DNA of 64,000 nucleotides. It comes from Squalus acanthias. Its lineage: Eukaryota. Position 1 is the stretch's first letter. The number at the start of each line of letters is the position of its first letter. A model generated the notes under the pieces. The model was given only the letters and a program-made list of their open reading frames with translations, made no database searches and was not told where the DNA came from. The stretch lies in NCBI GenBank assembly GCA_030390025.1, contig CM059431.1, forward strand, positions 131,628,001-131,692,000, given 5' to 3'. Positions 47,951 to 61,058 of this stretch are shown piece by piece. A program made the position numbers and the translations under genes.

Positions 47951-49349
47951 AAGTATGAAACCATTACTGAAGGGTTTAATTTCTTCTGTGTGCTATTTTT
48001 AACACAGTTGTGTTTGTATTAAATTGTTGTCTGTATTAGAGAATAATTTAACTCTTAAAGTAGCATACCCACGGATCATGAGGGAGAGATGTGCTCCAAT
48101 GAACATCTTGTAAGCTGCACTCATGAGAATTCCATGTGGCTACTTGTGCCGCCATCCCTTTAGGATAAAGCAAAAGGTTGGGGCTATACATGTCTGAACA
48201 GCAAGGATAAAGAGTCCAAGTATTTTCTTAATGGGAAATGTAATAAAGTCCAAGTTGGAGACATCTTTGATGTCAAAAGTGTATAATGCCAAGCCAGTAA
48301 ACCTGACAGTGGAGGCTCCAGGAAAGACTTGCAGAGATTGGAAAGCTCGCCAAGATGGTCAGGCATGCTGCCAACGTTGAGCAGCAGTATTACACACAAA
48401 TCATGCTGTGCCCGTCCAGGTCCAGCAGCATCCAAATTTCATATTCAGGGCCATTAACATGATCCATGGTTAGGCCTAGTGATGGAAAGCAGGACAGGGC
48501 CTGAGGGCCTGATGCTGAATTTCTGGCTGTTGCTTAGGCCATTTGGCTGCTTCCTTCGGACTGGTCTGAGGGATGGAGGAGTGATTCCAGTGCAAGCCCA
48601 ATGCCAGTTTTTTGGGGTCCTTCTGTGTCTGTGTCTCATTTAAGTCACATTGAAATTCCGGGACACCCTAAAGAGGGCAGAGACCCACATAACTGGAATC
48701 TGCCCCCTTTTGCGTGACATTTGCACCTGGGGAGTAGGTGTTCCCTGGGAGCAAATTTCAGAACAGTTGGCCCCAGAATACCTAAACACCAAACCCCCTC
48801 CCCTACCCCCCAAGAAAAAGTAATTTATTGTTAAATTAAGTAGTTATTTTATTAAAATGATTCCAACTAGCCAGGAGAGGTCATGCTTTTAGTGTCAATG
48901 TTATCTTCCTCAAAAATAATTCTGCCCATCATGGGCTCTTCACAGTAGAAATGCCTCAAGAAAGATACAAAAACTAAAATGATGAACTTGCTCAGCATAA
49001 TTGCATAAAAGTTTGCCACAGATCCTTAAGAGGCATATTTTCACAAGCCATCAGAGAAAACCACATGAAGTACTTGTGATTACAGCCAGGGTTCAGCATG
49101 GCAGATCTTCCACGACTCCTCACAGCTAAATCTTTTCTGCAGTTGTCATATGAGCAATTCTCTGCTACGGCTGGTGACAGCAGACATACTATTAACTCAG
49201 TGGAATCACTGACCCAGCACTTTTAACAGTCCTCTTGTGGATGAACAGCATCATAATGATGAAGTTTATAATCAAATAAGCCCATCACTTTTAGCAAAGA
49301 TATATTAGAAGTGAGTGCTGATATAGGGGACAGACTGGCCCCAATTTTA

Positions 49350-50965
49350 GGGCTGGATTTTTCCAACCTCGGCAGGTCCGGGGTGGGCGACATCCGTGGC
49401 GTGTGGGGATCTCGCATCTGTCTCGATCCCGGCCTCAACAAGATTTTACGTTAATAGGATTTTTTAAGCCCGCCTTGCGAGGTTCCCGGCCAATTAATAG
49501 GACGCGGGTCTGATGACGTCATTTGATGACACGTCATCAGCCGGTTTCCTTAAAGAGACCATGTCCAAATTGATTTTGACAGTTCTGCTGTCAGTGTTCT
49601 GCAGCATTGGGGTGCTGCAAACACTGATAAGCACTGCACAAAGGTGCACGGCTGCACCCAGGCTCTCCCATGACTCCCTCCATCAGCACACAGAGAGTGG
49701 GCAGAAGAGATCTCCCCAGCAGGGATGTCGTCAGGAGGCTGCAGTGGTGCAAACCTTTCAATGATCTCAGTAGATCACGAAACGTTACTGCAAAGCCACA
49801 CTCAACCTCATCCTGCTCTGCCAATCATCACGTTCCCATCACTCTGCCTTCCCTACCCTACTCCTGCACATCCTTACTCACACCAACTTACCTTGCACCT
49901 CCACCCATCCCTCTCTATCTACATTATCACTTCCCCATCTCACTAGCCACCCCTCACACTCACCCTCATCCTACTGCAAGCATACCAACAAACAGCACAC
50001 AAGGGTAGGCATTTGGGTGTTTTAGCCAATGTTCATGTGAGGTTTCTGGTAATGTGCTGTCAAACATTGAAATCTTTATTTTGAACACTTTGCCTTCTTG
50101 GACAGATTTGTGTGCACCTTTGAAAGTATCTTAGTGAGTTCCAGTGAATGGTGAGACATAACCCCCCCCCCCCCCCCCCCAATGATGATGAGTGTGTAAG
50201 GAATGGCTTGGACATTGTAGGAATGCTTCATGGTGTTGGTGTGGGGTGGCGCCAACCTGGTCCATTATGTGGCAGCCAGGGTGTACAGTGTTAAGTGAAG
50301 CAAATCTGGACATGGTGAGGCCATCGCTGGCGTCCGGGGCAGCAATGTTCACGGGTGATGATGCCCTGTATCCAGTGCAGCATCAGTTGATTGCGGAGAA
50401 GGTTGGTGTGGATGTTGGTGCTGCTGCTGTGCCCGGTGATGCTGGTGTTGGGGCTGATCGTGTTGGGATTCTGAGGACCAAAGTGAGATTTTTTCAAGGG
50501 CTGATGAAGTAGATGGCAGGTGAGGTTGAGATGACAGAAGTAATCTGTTAGTGTTGAGAGGTTGTTCCAAGGAGGTGACAGTGGATAGAGCTCAAAAGTG
50601 GGTTCCAAATCATTAATGCTCCAGCTTCTGACATTGGAAAGTGACCAGCTGTAAAATGGTAGATTTTAGACCACTTTTGCAGCTGTCACCTATTTGAAGA
50701 AATGGAGAGTTGTTCAGAACGCGACATACTTACCACTTTTGCAGCTTTCACCTATTCACAGCAATCCACAGTCATTGAAAACCCGACATACTTACCTGAC
50801 ATGATAGCCGTTCTCCGGGAACCTCATTGAAAACCTTATAAAATATTAAGTACATGGGAAAATGGTTCTTATCTACCTTTTAATAAGCTTTTAACTATCT
50901 AAATTGGCTGATCTGCCGCTTGGTGTCGTGTCTGTTCAGGGATGACAGACCTGACACTTGGGAAA
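49350..50965 (-). mobile_element. Non-autonomous Harbinger family B copy, one end truncated
   Basis: Starts GGGCTGGATTTTTCC; reverse-complement homologue of 8727-10456 including the QWCKPFNDLSRSRN Myb remnant. Confidence 0.82.
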
Positions 50966-51092
50966 CTGACAAGGAGAACATTTATTGTTCCAGGGACACG
51001 GAGATTTTGTTGTCCCACACCATAACTGCAACAAGCAGCTTTGTTATTGAGCATGCGCTATTAAGTACTGGAATAATTTGCCGGAAATAATT

Positions 51093-51522
51093 ACATAGTA
51101 TTTACAGCACAGAAACAGGCCATTCGGCCCAACAGGTCCATGCCGGTGTTTATGCTCCACAGGAGTCTCTTCCCACCTTTCTTCATCTAACTCTATAAAT
51201 ATATCCTTCTATTCCTATCTCCCTCATGTGTTTATCTAGCTCCCCTTAAATGCATCTATGCTAGTCACCTCAACTACTCTTTGTGGTAGTGAGTTCCATA
51301 TTCTAACCGCTCACTGGGTAAAGAAGTTTCTCCTGAATTCCCTATTAGATTTATTAGTGACTATCTTATATTTATGGTCCCTAGTTCTGGTCTTTCCCGC
51401 AAGTAGAAACATCTTCTCTACGTCTACCCTATTGAACCTTTTTATAACCTTAAAGACCTCCATCAGATCATCTCTCAGTCTTCTCTTTTCTAGAGAAATG
51501 AGGCCCAGCCTGTTCATTCTTT
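51093..51522 (-). mobile_element. CR1 3' fragment
   Basis: RMNRLGLISLEKRRLRDDLMEVFK...FRRNFFTQ plus 3' UTR. Confidence 0.9.
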
Positions 51523-52124
51523 GCTTTACATTCAAAATCAGTTGATGAATTTGGTAAACTAGACCAATGGAAAGGACAATACCCTTGTTCCTATTTGTCA
51601 ACTGACTAGGTCTTCCAAAAAAACTTCTTTGTAAGCTTTTGTAGCATCATTTGATATTAAGTGCATGACCTGAATTAAAACCATTCAGATGGCTTTGGTC
51701 TCAACTAGAATTATGTGGACTACATGGCTTGTTTATTGATTTCCTTACCAGTCATGGCTTTAAACCAGAGCAATACTTTACGCTTCATTCTAAATTCCTA
51801 TTAAAAGTAATCTCCATGTTTCATTTAACCCAAGAGATTACCATTCCATCATTCCACTTTATTCCACAATTATTTGTGCACTGTAGGCACAAAACATTGA
51901 TAAAACTACCCCAAATAAAAATAAATAATGGTTTGTCCACTCCTGCTATTAGTGAGCCAAGGGGTAACCCCTTGATAAGGTTAAAGCGTATACAGTGAAA
52001 ACTGTAGCCTCCTTTCTGGTATAGTTTTAAATTGGTTGGCTTAGAAAATCTCTGCATGCAGACACGCAAGGGTAATTTTCCAAAACTACACTCCTGAAGG
52101 TAAGCCTCGCTTGTGGGCAGCACA

Positions 52125-52270
52125 TAAAACCATAGAAGTTCACAGCACAAAAGGAGGCCATTCAACCTGCTGTCTCTGTGTCAGCTCTTTGCTACAGCAA
52201 TCCCAAACTAATCCCATTGCCTTGTTTTCTCCCCGTAGTCCTGTATTTTTATCTGCTTCAAATATTTGTT
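52125..52270 (-). mobile_element. CR1 3' UTR remnant
   Basis: CATAGAAG...CAGCACAAAAGGAGGCCATTC tail motif. Confidence 0.55.
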
Positions 52271-54507
52271 CAATTTTCCCATATTGGGAATTCAGGCACA
52301 TGTTTCCCGTGATTTTCCATCCATTAATTTTAATTTTGGTGACGCTCGCAACTGGGAGTGCAGTTTCGTAAAATTGACCCAATGGAGTAACCCTTAAAGA
52401 TTTGATCAAATACCAGTGACTGGGATAATACAATTTGAAGGCGCCAAACTGACTTCTTGTGTTTCATAACTGGATAAATCTTTTGTTCTACAGTGTACTG
52501 CTTCAGATTATCCACTGAGGAGAACAAACCAAGAATGATAGATTAGTTGCCAAAGGTGTGGCATTCCTCATATGAAATTATGTTTCAAATGAAAACTTTC
52601 CCACCCTTGTCCCCTGCCCTAAATATATATAAATAAAATCTAATATTTGAGTAGGAAGAACGTTCCCTACTTTATTTGGATTGGCAAATGTGTTGACACA
52701 TAACCGTGTTTATGTTGAAGTGCAAGAAACATTCCCTTCTCTGTTTTGTTTGGCAGATGCAACAATAAGTCAATGTATATTATATTATAGTGGAGCGAAG
52801 CATTAACTTCTTTATTTTTTTGGCAAATGTAGAGATTAAAAATATATTATGTTTCACTGCTGAGAGGTAAGTACTCCCCTTCCTTGGCTGAATTGAACCC
52901 ACTGGCCAAGCAGAACTGAAAGAGATAGTACTGGAGAGTTAGTTGTATGGGGTGTGAAAAAGGAGAAGCAGATGTGTTGCTAAGGTATGATGTGATCTTA
53001 AAGGGAGAGGCAACCTGAAGATTGCTATAGTCTACACTGGCTTTGGATAAATTTCCATGGAGAAGTGCTGAACAAAGGTTCGCTTAATAGGGACTCGGCC
53101 TTGGTGAATCATCCATAATTTGGGACCCTACACATCCTAAACATACATACCAATAGTTATTGTTCTGGAATGCTCTCTACTTTTACCATAGTTTTGGTTT
53201 GAGATGAGAGAAAAAAAAAATCACATTCAACATAAACAACATATGATAGAATTCAACTGCTGTAAAGTGACAGCAAAAACTCCACTATAATAAAGATAAA
53301 GCTCCCACAAGGTGGTGGTTTCCTCAGGAAATGTTCAAGAATAACATTGTTGCAATAAGAAAAATATACCGAACATGAATTTAATACTTTTATTTACAGT
53401 GCCGATCATTGCCAAAGTTTAAATATTTTGATTGCATTACCATTTGGAAGGACATATTGCTGCTTTGTAGAAAGCTCTCAGTACAGCAGTCATTCGCTGA
53501 CATGCCACAGCATCTGATATATGTAGATTTTATATTCAGGACATTGCACCTTTATTTTTCCAGTAAAAATACCTTTTCCTGTATGTTTTTATTTTGGGAA
53601 AACTCAGTAGCCACGGTGATGTGTTGCTTTGTTATGATAGCTGGGAATTTCCTGGAAGGTTTCAGTGTAACTGTGGTGTAAGAACAGTGTTGCACTAATT
53701 TTTTTTTTAACCCAAGGAAATTCACTCATACATTCAAACATTGCTATGCGTGAATTTCCTCAATTATTTACACCGCTCCTGAGTTACGTCTGCAAAAAAC
53801 CCACTTAGCTCATTAACATAGCTCCATGCCACATGCAAAAGACCCGAGACAGCAAGTTTCCTGCATTTACACCAGTTCTTAACAAATGTAAGTTTATGTC
53901 CAAATGTTTAGGCACAACAAGACCCAAAGTCACTATTTCTGGTGTTTTGTGGTGATTTTTTTTACTTCTCCTTACTGAGATCTGTACTGCATTTTCTATG
54001 TCTGTGGATGCCTTTTATGGCATCAGAATCTGTTACAATAAAAAAAACTTCCACAATTGCATGCTGTGCTTAATGTGCATAAAAGATGGTTTTGATGGCT
54101 GCAAACTTAAATTTTCATAACATTAATAAGATAAAGTTATAGATGGCATATGTTCTGTGCTGTCCTCAGACCCTGAGTATTTGTACTGATTTCTGGTTGT
54201 TTTACGCTGGTTTTTACATTCGGGTATATGCTGATGAGATTCCCAGGAAATTTTGGTGTAAATTATTGTCTGCAAGATTGGCATCGAAACCAGTGCAACT
54301 TTTGGTGTAATTTTGGCATAAATTGGATCAAAGAAGTTTGTTACTAAAGCTAAGTACAGGTACAACACAAAATTTTTCAAATCTGTCCTACAGCAATGTG
54401 ACAAGTTTACGAGGCCCATAGTAAATGTGGACATAGAAAATTATAATGGGAAAAATGAACATGAAAATTATGACAAAAATGGGACTACAAAAAGTCAAGT
54501 GGCACAA

Positions 54508-56980
54508 ACAGTAATAATCATGGGTGATTTTACTCTCCATATTGATTGGACAAATCAAATTGGCCATGGTAGCCTTGAGGAGGAGTTCATAGGGTGCATC
54601 CGGGATGGTTTCCTAGAACAGTATGTAATGGAACCGACCAGGGAGCAGGTTATCTTGGATCTGGTACTGTGTAATGAGACAGAAGTAATAAATGACCTCA
54701 TAGTAAAGGATCTTCTAGGAAAGAGTGATCATAGCGTGGTTGAATTTCAAATTCAGTTGGAGGGTGAGAAAGTTGTATCTCAAACCAGTGTCCTGATCTT
54801 AAACAAAGGCAATTACAATGGCATGAGGGCAGAACTAGCTAAAGTGGACTGGAAAAATAAATTAAAGGGTTGAAATGCAGTGGCGGACATTTAAGGAGAT
54901 ATTTCATAACTCTCAACAAAAATATATTCCAGTGAGAAAGAAAGATTTTAAGAGAAGGCTAACTAAGGAAGTAAAGGATGGTATCAAATTGAAAATGAAG
55001 GCATACAATGTTGCCAAGATTAGTGGGAGACCAGAGGATTGGGAAATTTTTAAAAACCAGCAAAGGATGACTAAAAAAAAATAAAGAGAGAGAAGATCAA
55101 TTATGAGAGTAAACTGGCAAGAAACATTAAAACAGATAGTAAGAGCTTCTACAGGTATATAAAAAGGAAGAGGGTAGCTAGAGTAAACGTTGGTCCCTTA
55201 GAGGATGAGACTGGGGAATTAATAATGGGGAACGGGGAAATGGCAGAGACTCTGAACAAATATTTTGTATCTATCTTCACGGTAGAAGACACTAACAACA
55301 TCCCAATAATGGATAATCAAGGGGCCACAGGGAGGGGGGAACTAAAGACAATCACGATCACTAAGGAAATAGTACTCGGTAAAATAATGGGACTAAAAGA
55401 TGACAGGTTCCCTGGACCAGATGGCCTGCATCCCAGGGTCTTAAAAGAAGTGGCTGCAGAGATAGTGGATGCATTGGTTGCAATATACCAAAATTCCCTG
55501 GACTCTGGAGAGGTCCCAGCGGATTGGAAAACCGCAAATGTAACACCCCTATTTAAGAAAGGAGGGAGACAGAAAGCAGGAAACTATAGACCAGTTTGCC
55601 TAACATCTGTCATTGGGAAAATGCTGGAGTCCTTCATTAAGGAAGCAGTAGCAGGGCATTTGGAAAATCATAATGCAGTCAAGCAGAGTCAGCATGGTTT
55701 TATGAAAGGGAAATCATTTGCTGGAGTTCTTTGAGGAGGTAACGAGCAGGGTGGACAAAGGTGAACCAGTGGATGTGGTGTATTTGGATTTCCAGAAAGC
55801 ATTCGATAAGGTGCCACATAAAAGGTTACTGCATAAGATAAGAGCTCATGGAATTGGGGGTAATATATTAGCATGGATAGAGAATTGGCTAACTAGCAGA
55901 AAGCAGAGAGTCAGGATAAATGGGTCATTTTCCGGTTGGCAAAAGGTAACTAGTGGGGTGCCACAGGGATCAGTGCTCGGGCCTCAACTATTTACAATCT
56001 ACATTAATGACTTGGATGAAGGGACCGAGTGTAATGTAGCCAAGTTTGCGGATGATACAAAGATGGGTGGGAAAGCAAGTTGTGCAGAGGACTCAAAGAA
56101 CCTGCAAAGGGATATAGACAGGCTAAGTGAGTGGGCAAACATTTGGCAGATGGAGTATAATGTGGGAAAGTGCGAGGTTATCCACTTTGGCAGGAAAAAT
56201 AAAAAAGCAAAATATTATTTAAATGGAGAGAGATTACAAAAGGCTACAGTTCAGAGGGACCTGGGGGTCCTTGTGCATGAAACACAAAAAGTTAGCATGC
56301 AGGTACAGCAAGTAATCTAAAAGGCAAATGGAATGTTGGCTTTTATTTCAAAGGGGTTGGAGTATAAAAGCAGGGAAGTCCTGCTACAACTGTACAGAGT
56401 ATTGGTGAGTCCACACCTTGAGTACTGCATACAGTTTTGGTCTCCTTATTTAAGGAAGGATATACTTGCATTGGAGGCAGTTCAGAGACGCTTCACTTGG
56501 TTGATTCCAGAGATGAGGGGGTTGACTTATGAGGAAAGGTTGAGCAGGCTGGGCCTATACTCATTGGAATTTAGAAGAATGAGAGGTGATCTTATTAAAA
56601 CATGTAAGATACTGAGGGGGCTCGACAAGGTAGATGCAGAGAGGATGTTTCCCCTCGTGGGGAAATCTAGAACGCGGGGGCACAGTTTTAGAATAAAGTG
56701 TCGCCCTTTTAGAACTGAGATGAGGAGGAATTTCTTCTCTCAGAGGGTCGTAAATCTGTGGAATTCTCTACCCCAGAGAGCTGTGGAGGCTGGGTCATTA
56801 AATACATTTAAGGTGGAGATAGACAGCTTTTTGCAAGATAAGGGAGTGACAGGTTATGGGGAGCGGGCAGGGAAGTGGCTTTGAGCCCAAGATCAGCCAT
56901 GATCTTATTGAATGGCGGAGCAGGCTCAAGGGGCCAAGTGGCCTATTCCTGCTCCTATTTCTTATGTTCTTATGTTCTTA
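54508..56980 (+). mobile_element. CR1 LINE (endonuclease C-terminus to 3' tail), multiple stops/frameshifts
   Basis: IIMGDF, SDHS, PGPDGLHP, FADDTK; tail CTTATGTTCTTATGTTCTTA. Confidence 0.95.
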
Positions 56981-57342
56981 AACAGGAAGGACATGCAGAC
57001 AAACAATCCAGAAAGATTTTACTTGTGCCCGTTGAATTAACTGGTTTCCTAGCAACATTGGATGCACAATTCACATAGGGCATCTTTTGGAAAGGTCGTT
57101 TTGCATGCCAAATGTTGGGAAATGGCAGGTAGGCTGCACCTGTCTCCAAATGAATATTAAAGTGCAGCTTCCATCTGTTTGAGGCAGGCGCCTGGTCCCT
57201 CTTCCCCAAAACATGGATGCAGCAAAAGTGGGTGGAGTTTCAGCATAACATAACTTCATTTTCTGCTCCTGGCAACCCAATTTACACCAGTAGAACAGGC
57301 ACCTGAGAGCAGAAAATTCAGGCTCTCATTTAAGGACAGTGA

Positions 57343-57671
57343 TTACATAGGATATACAGCTCAGAAACAGGCCATTCGGCCCAACCAGTCCATGCTGGCG
57401 TTTATGCTCCACTCGAGCCTCCTCCCATCCTTCCTCATCTAACTCTATCAGCATAACCCTCTATTCCCTTCTCCCTCATATGCTTATCTAGCTTCCCCTT
57501 AAATGCATCTATACTATTCACCTCAACCACTCCCTGTGGTAGCGAGTTCCACATTCTTACCACTCTCTGGGTAAAGCAGTTTCTTCTGAATTCCCTATTT
57601 GATTTCTTGGTGACTATCTTATATTGATGGCTTCTAGTTTTGCTCTTCCCCACAAGCGGAAACACTCTCTC
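57343..57671 (-). mobile_element. CR1 3' fragment (host element; other half at 61059-61527)
   Basis: TERVFPLVGKSKTRSHQYK...FKGKLDK plus 3' UTR. Confidence 0.9.
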
Positions 57672-60600
57672 TGTGGGAAAAATGGGTTTTGCTTCTTGGG
57701 ACACTGGCACCAGTACTGGGGCAGGAGAGAGCTGTTCCGTTGGGACGGACTTCACTTGGCCAGTGCTGGGACTAGTGTCCTGGCGAATCGAATAACTAGG
57801 GCTGTGGAGAGGACTTTAAACTAATTAGTGGGGGGGAGGTTTCAAGAGAGCAAAAAATAAAAATGACAACAGAGAGGGTCATAGACATAGGTAGCAGTAG
57901 GGGAATCACTAATCAGAGCGTGGCAGGAAGGGACAAAGTGTGTGGAGTAAAAGGTAAAGTGGTAAAAAGTGAAAAAGCTGGAACTAAGTGCCACAAAGCA
58001 TATTTGAAAGTTCTCTATCTGAATGCACGTAGCATTCGTAACAAAATAGACGAGTTAATGGCACAAATAACTACATATGGTTATGATATTGTGGCCATTA
58101 CAGAAACATGGCTGCAGGGTGACAATGCCTGGGAATTAAACATACCAGGTTATTTAACGATCAGGAAGGACAGGCAGGAAGGAAGGGGAGGTGGGGTGGC
58201 TATGTTAATAAAGGAAGGAATCACTGTAATACAGAGTAATGATATTGGGTCAAAAAATCATGATAATGAAACAGTTTGGGTGGAGATAAGGAATAATAAG
58301 GGGAAAAAAACACTAGTGGGCGTAGTCTATAGGCCTCCGAACAGTTGCAACTCTGTTGGACGGAGTATCAATCAGGAAATAGTTGAGGCATGTAATAAGG
58401 GAACATCTATAATTATGGGGGATTTTAACTATCATATTAATTGGACAAATCAAATGGGGCAGGGCTGCCTTGAGGATGAGTTCATTGAGTGTATTAGGGA
58501 TGGGTTTCTTGAGCAGTATGTAACTGAACCGACCAGGGGGCAAGCAACCTTAGATCTGGTCCTGTGTAACGAGACAGGATTAATTAAAAATGTCCTAGTA
58601 AAGGATCCCCTTGGAATGAGTGACCATAACATGGTTGAATTCCATATTCAATTAGAGGGTGAGAAGGTTGGATCTCAAACAAGCGTGCTAAGCTTGAATA
58701 AAGGAGACTATGAAGGTATGCGAGCGGAATTGAGTAGAGTGGATTGGGAAAATAGATTAAAGGGTAAGACGACACATGATCAGTGGTGTACATTCAAGGA
58801 GTTATTTTACAACTTCCAAAAAATATATATTCCACTGAAAAGAAAAGGGTGTAAAAGAAAGGACAGTCATCCGTGGCTAAGTAAAGAAATTAAGGATAGT
58901 ATTCGACTAAAAACAAGGGCATATAAGGTAGCGAAATCTAGTGGGAGGACAGAGGATTGGGAAAACTTTAAAAGGCAGCAAAAAATAACAAAAAGATTGA
59001 TTAAGAAAGGGAAGATAGATTATGAAAGTAAATTAGCAAAAAATATAAAAACAGATAGTAAGAGTTTTTATAGTTATATAAAAAGAAAAAGGGTGGCTAA
59101 AGTAAATGTTGGTCCCTTAGAGGATGAGACCGGGAAATTAATGTTGGGAAATATGGAGATGGCAAAAACACTGAATGAATATTTTGTATCAGTCTTTACA
59201 GTAGAGGACACTAAGAATATCCCAACACTGGACAAACAGGGGGCTATAGGGGGAGAGGAGCTAAACACGATCAAAATCACTAAGGAAGTGGTACTCGGTA
59301 AAATAATGGGACTCAAGGCGGATAAATCACCTGGACCTGATGGCTTACATCCTAGAGTCTTGAAGGAAGTGGCGGTAGGGATTGTAGATGCATTGGTAAT
59401 AATTTTTCAAAACTCCCTGGATTCCGCTGAGGTCCCGGCAGACTGGAAAACTGCTAATGTAACACCCTTATTTAAAAAGGGCAGTAGACAGAAGGCTGGT
59501 AACTATAGACCGGTTAGCCTAACATCTGTGGTAGGTAAAATTTTGGAGTCCATTATTAAGGAAACAGTAACAGGACATTTGGATAATCATAATTTAATAG
59601 GACAAAGTCAGCATGGTTTTACGAAGGGGAAGTCATGTTTGACAAATTTGCTGGAGTTCTTTGAGGAAGTAACATATAGAGTGGATAAAGGGGAACCAGT
59701 GGACGTAGTGTATTTAGACTTCCAAAAGGCATTTGACAAGGTGCCACACAAAAGATTATTGCTTAAGGTAAAAAATCACGGGATTGGGGGTAATATTCTG
59801 GCATGGATAGAGGATTGGCTATCCAACAGAAAGCAAAGAGTTGGGATAAATGGTTCATTCTCAGACTGGCAATCAGTAACTAGTGGTGTTCCACAGGGGT
59901 CAGTGCTGGGTCCCCAACTCTTTACAATCTATATTAACGATTTGGAGGAAGGGACCAAGTGTAACATATCAAAATTTGCAGATGATACAAAGATGGGAGG
60001 GAAAGTAGTGAGTGTGGAGGACATAAAAAACCTGCAAGGGGACATAGACAGGCTAAGTAAGTGGGCAGAGATTTGGCAGATGGAATACAACACTGGAAAG
60101 TGTGAGGTGATGCACTTTGGCAGGAAAAATCCTAGAGCAATTTATTATCTTAATGGCAAGAAACTGGAGAGTACTGAAGTGCAAAGGGATCTGGGGGTCC
60201 TGGTGCACGAAACTCAAAAGGTTAGTATGCAGGTGCAGCAAGTGATTAAGAAGGCAAATGGAATGTTGGCTTTCATTGCTAGGGGGATAGAATATAAAAA
60301 TAGGGAGGTATTGCTTCAGTTGTACAAGGTATTGGTGAGACCGCACCTGGAATACTGCATACAGTTTTGGTGTCCTTACTTAAGGAAAGACATCCTTGCT
60401 CTCGAGGCAGTGCAAAAAAGGTTCACTCGGTTAATCCCGGGGATGAGGGGGTGGTCATATGAGGAGAGGTTGGGTAGATTGGGACTCTACTCATTGGAGT
60501 TCAGAAGAATGAGAGGCGATCTTATTGAAACATATAAGATTGTGAAGGGGTTGGATCGGGTGGATGCGGGGAGGATGTTCCCGATGACAGGTGAGACTAG

Positions 60601-61057
60601 AACTAGGGGACATAGTCTTAGAATAAGGGGCTGCTCTTTCAAAACTGAGATGAGGAGGAACTACTTCACTCAGAGGGTGGTAGGTCCATGGAATATGCTG
60701 CCACAAAAAGCTGTAGAAGCTACAACATTAATTAAATTTAAAACAGAAATAGACAGTTTCCTAGAAGTAAAGGGCATTAAGGGTTACGGGGAGCGGGCAG
60801 GAATTTGGACATGAGTCTAGGTTCGGATCGGTCATGGCCCTGTGGGTAGTGGAGCGGGCCCAGGGACCGTGTAGCCTGATTCTGCTCCTATTTCGTGTGT
60901 GCAATTCTGTTAGATGCAGGAGATGGTTGTGATAGATAGTAGATTGGCGGTTAGGATCAGATCAGCCATGATCTTATTGAATGGCGGAGCAGGCTCGAGG
61001 GGCCGATTGGCCTACTCCTGCTCCTATTTCTTATGTTCTTATGTTCTTATGTTCTTA
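57672..61057 (+). mobile_element. Young CR1 LINE (ORF1 C-terminus, intact ORF2, double 3' UTR)
   Basis: ORF1 end FLGHWHQYWG...DGLHL, ORF2 983 aa, tail (CTTATGTT)3. Confidence 0.96.
57863..60814 (+). CDS. CR1 ORF2p, APE endonuclease and reverse transcriptase, uninterrupted
   Basis: All APE (YLNARS, ETWL, GDFN, SDHN) and RT (YLDFQKAFD, GVPQGS, FADD) motifs in one 983-aa frame. Confidence 0.95.
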   Translation: MTTERVIDIGSSRGITNQSVAGRDKVCGVKGKVVKSEKAGTKCHKAYLKVLYLNARSIRNKIDELMAQITTYGYDIVAITETWLQGDNAWELNIPGYLTIRKDRQEGRGGGVAMLIKEGITVIQSNDIGSKNHDNETVWVEIRNNKGKKTLVGVVYRPPNSCNSVGRSINQEIVEACNKGTSIIMGDFNYHINWTNQMGQGCLEDEFIECIRDGFLEQYVTEPTRGQATLDLVLCNETGLIKNVLVKDPLGMSDHNMVEFHIQLEGEKVGSQTSVLSLNKGDYEGMRAELSRVDWENRLKGKTTHDQWCTFKELFYNFQKIYIPLKRKGCKRKDSHPWLSKEIKDSIRLKTRAYKVAKSSGRTEDWENFKRQQKITKRLIKKGKIDYESKLAKNIKTDSKSFYSYIKRKRVAKVNVGPLEDETGKLMLGNMEMAKTLNEYFVSVFTVEDTKNIPTLDKQGAIGGEELNTIKITKEVVLGKIMGLKADKSPGPDGLHPRVLKEVAVGIVDALVIIFQNSLDSAEVPADWKTANVTPLFKKGSRQKAGNYRPVSLTSVVGKILESIIKETVTGHLDNHNLIGQSQHGFTKGKSCLTNLLEFFEEVTYRVDKGEPVDVVYLDFQKAFDKVPHKRLLLKVKNHGIGGNILAWIEDWLSNRKQRVGINGSFSDWQSVTSGVPQGSVLGPQLFTIYINDLEEGTKCNISKFADDTKMGGKVVSVEDIKNLQGDIDRLSKWAEIWQMEYNTGKCEVMHFGRKNPRAIYYLNGKKLESTEVQRDLGVLVHETQKVSMQVQQVIKKANGMLAFIARGIEYKNREVLLQLYKVLVRPHLEYCIQFWCPYLRKDILALEAVQKRFTRLIPGMRGWSYEERLGRLGLYSLEFRRMRGDLIETYKIVKGLDRVDAGRMFPMTGETRTRGHSLRIRGCSFKTEMRRNYFTQRVVGPWNMLPQKAVEATTLIKFKTEIDSFLEVKGIKGYGERAGIWT

Positions 61058-61058
61058 T

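Noticed and set aside
48184..48780. Possible further Harbinger Myb relic and MITE ends
   Set aside because: Similarity too weak to delimit by eye.
53640..54420. TIR-like GGGAATTTCC / GAGGCCC motifs (also 32985-33150, 56981-57325, 61530-62150)
   Set aside because: Probably decayed MITEs, but paired termini and TSDs could not be established.
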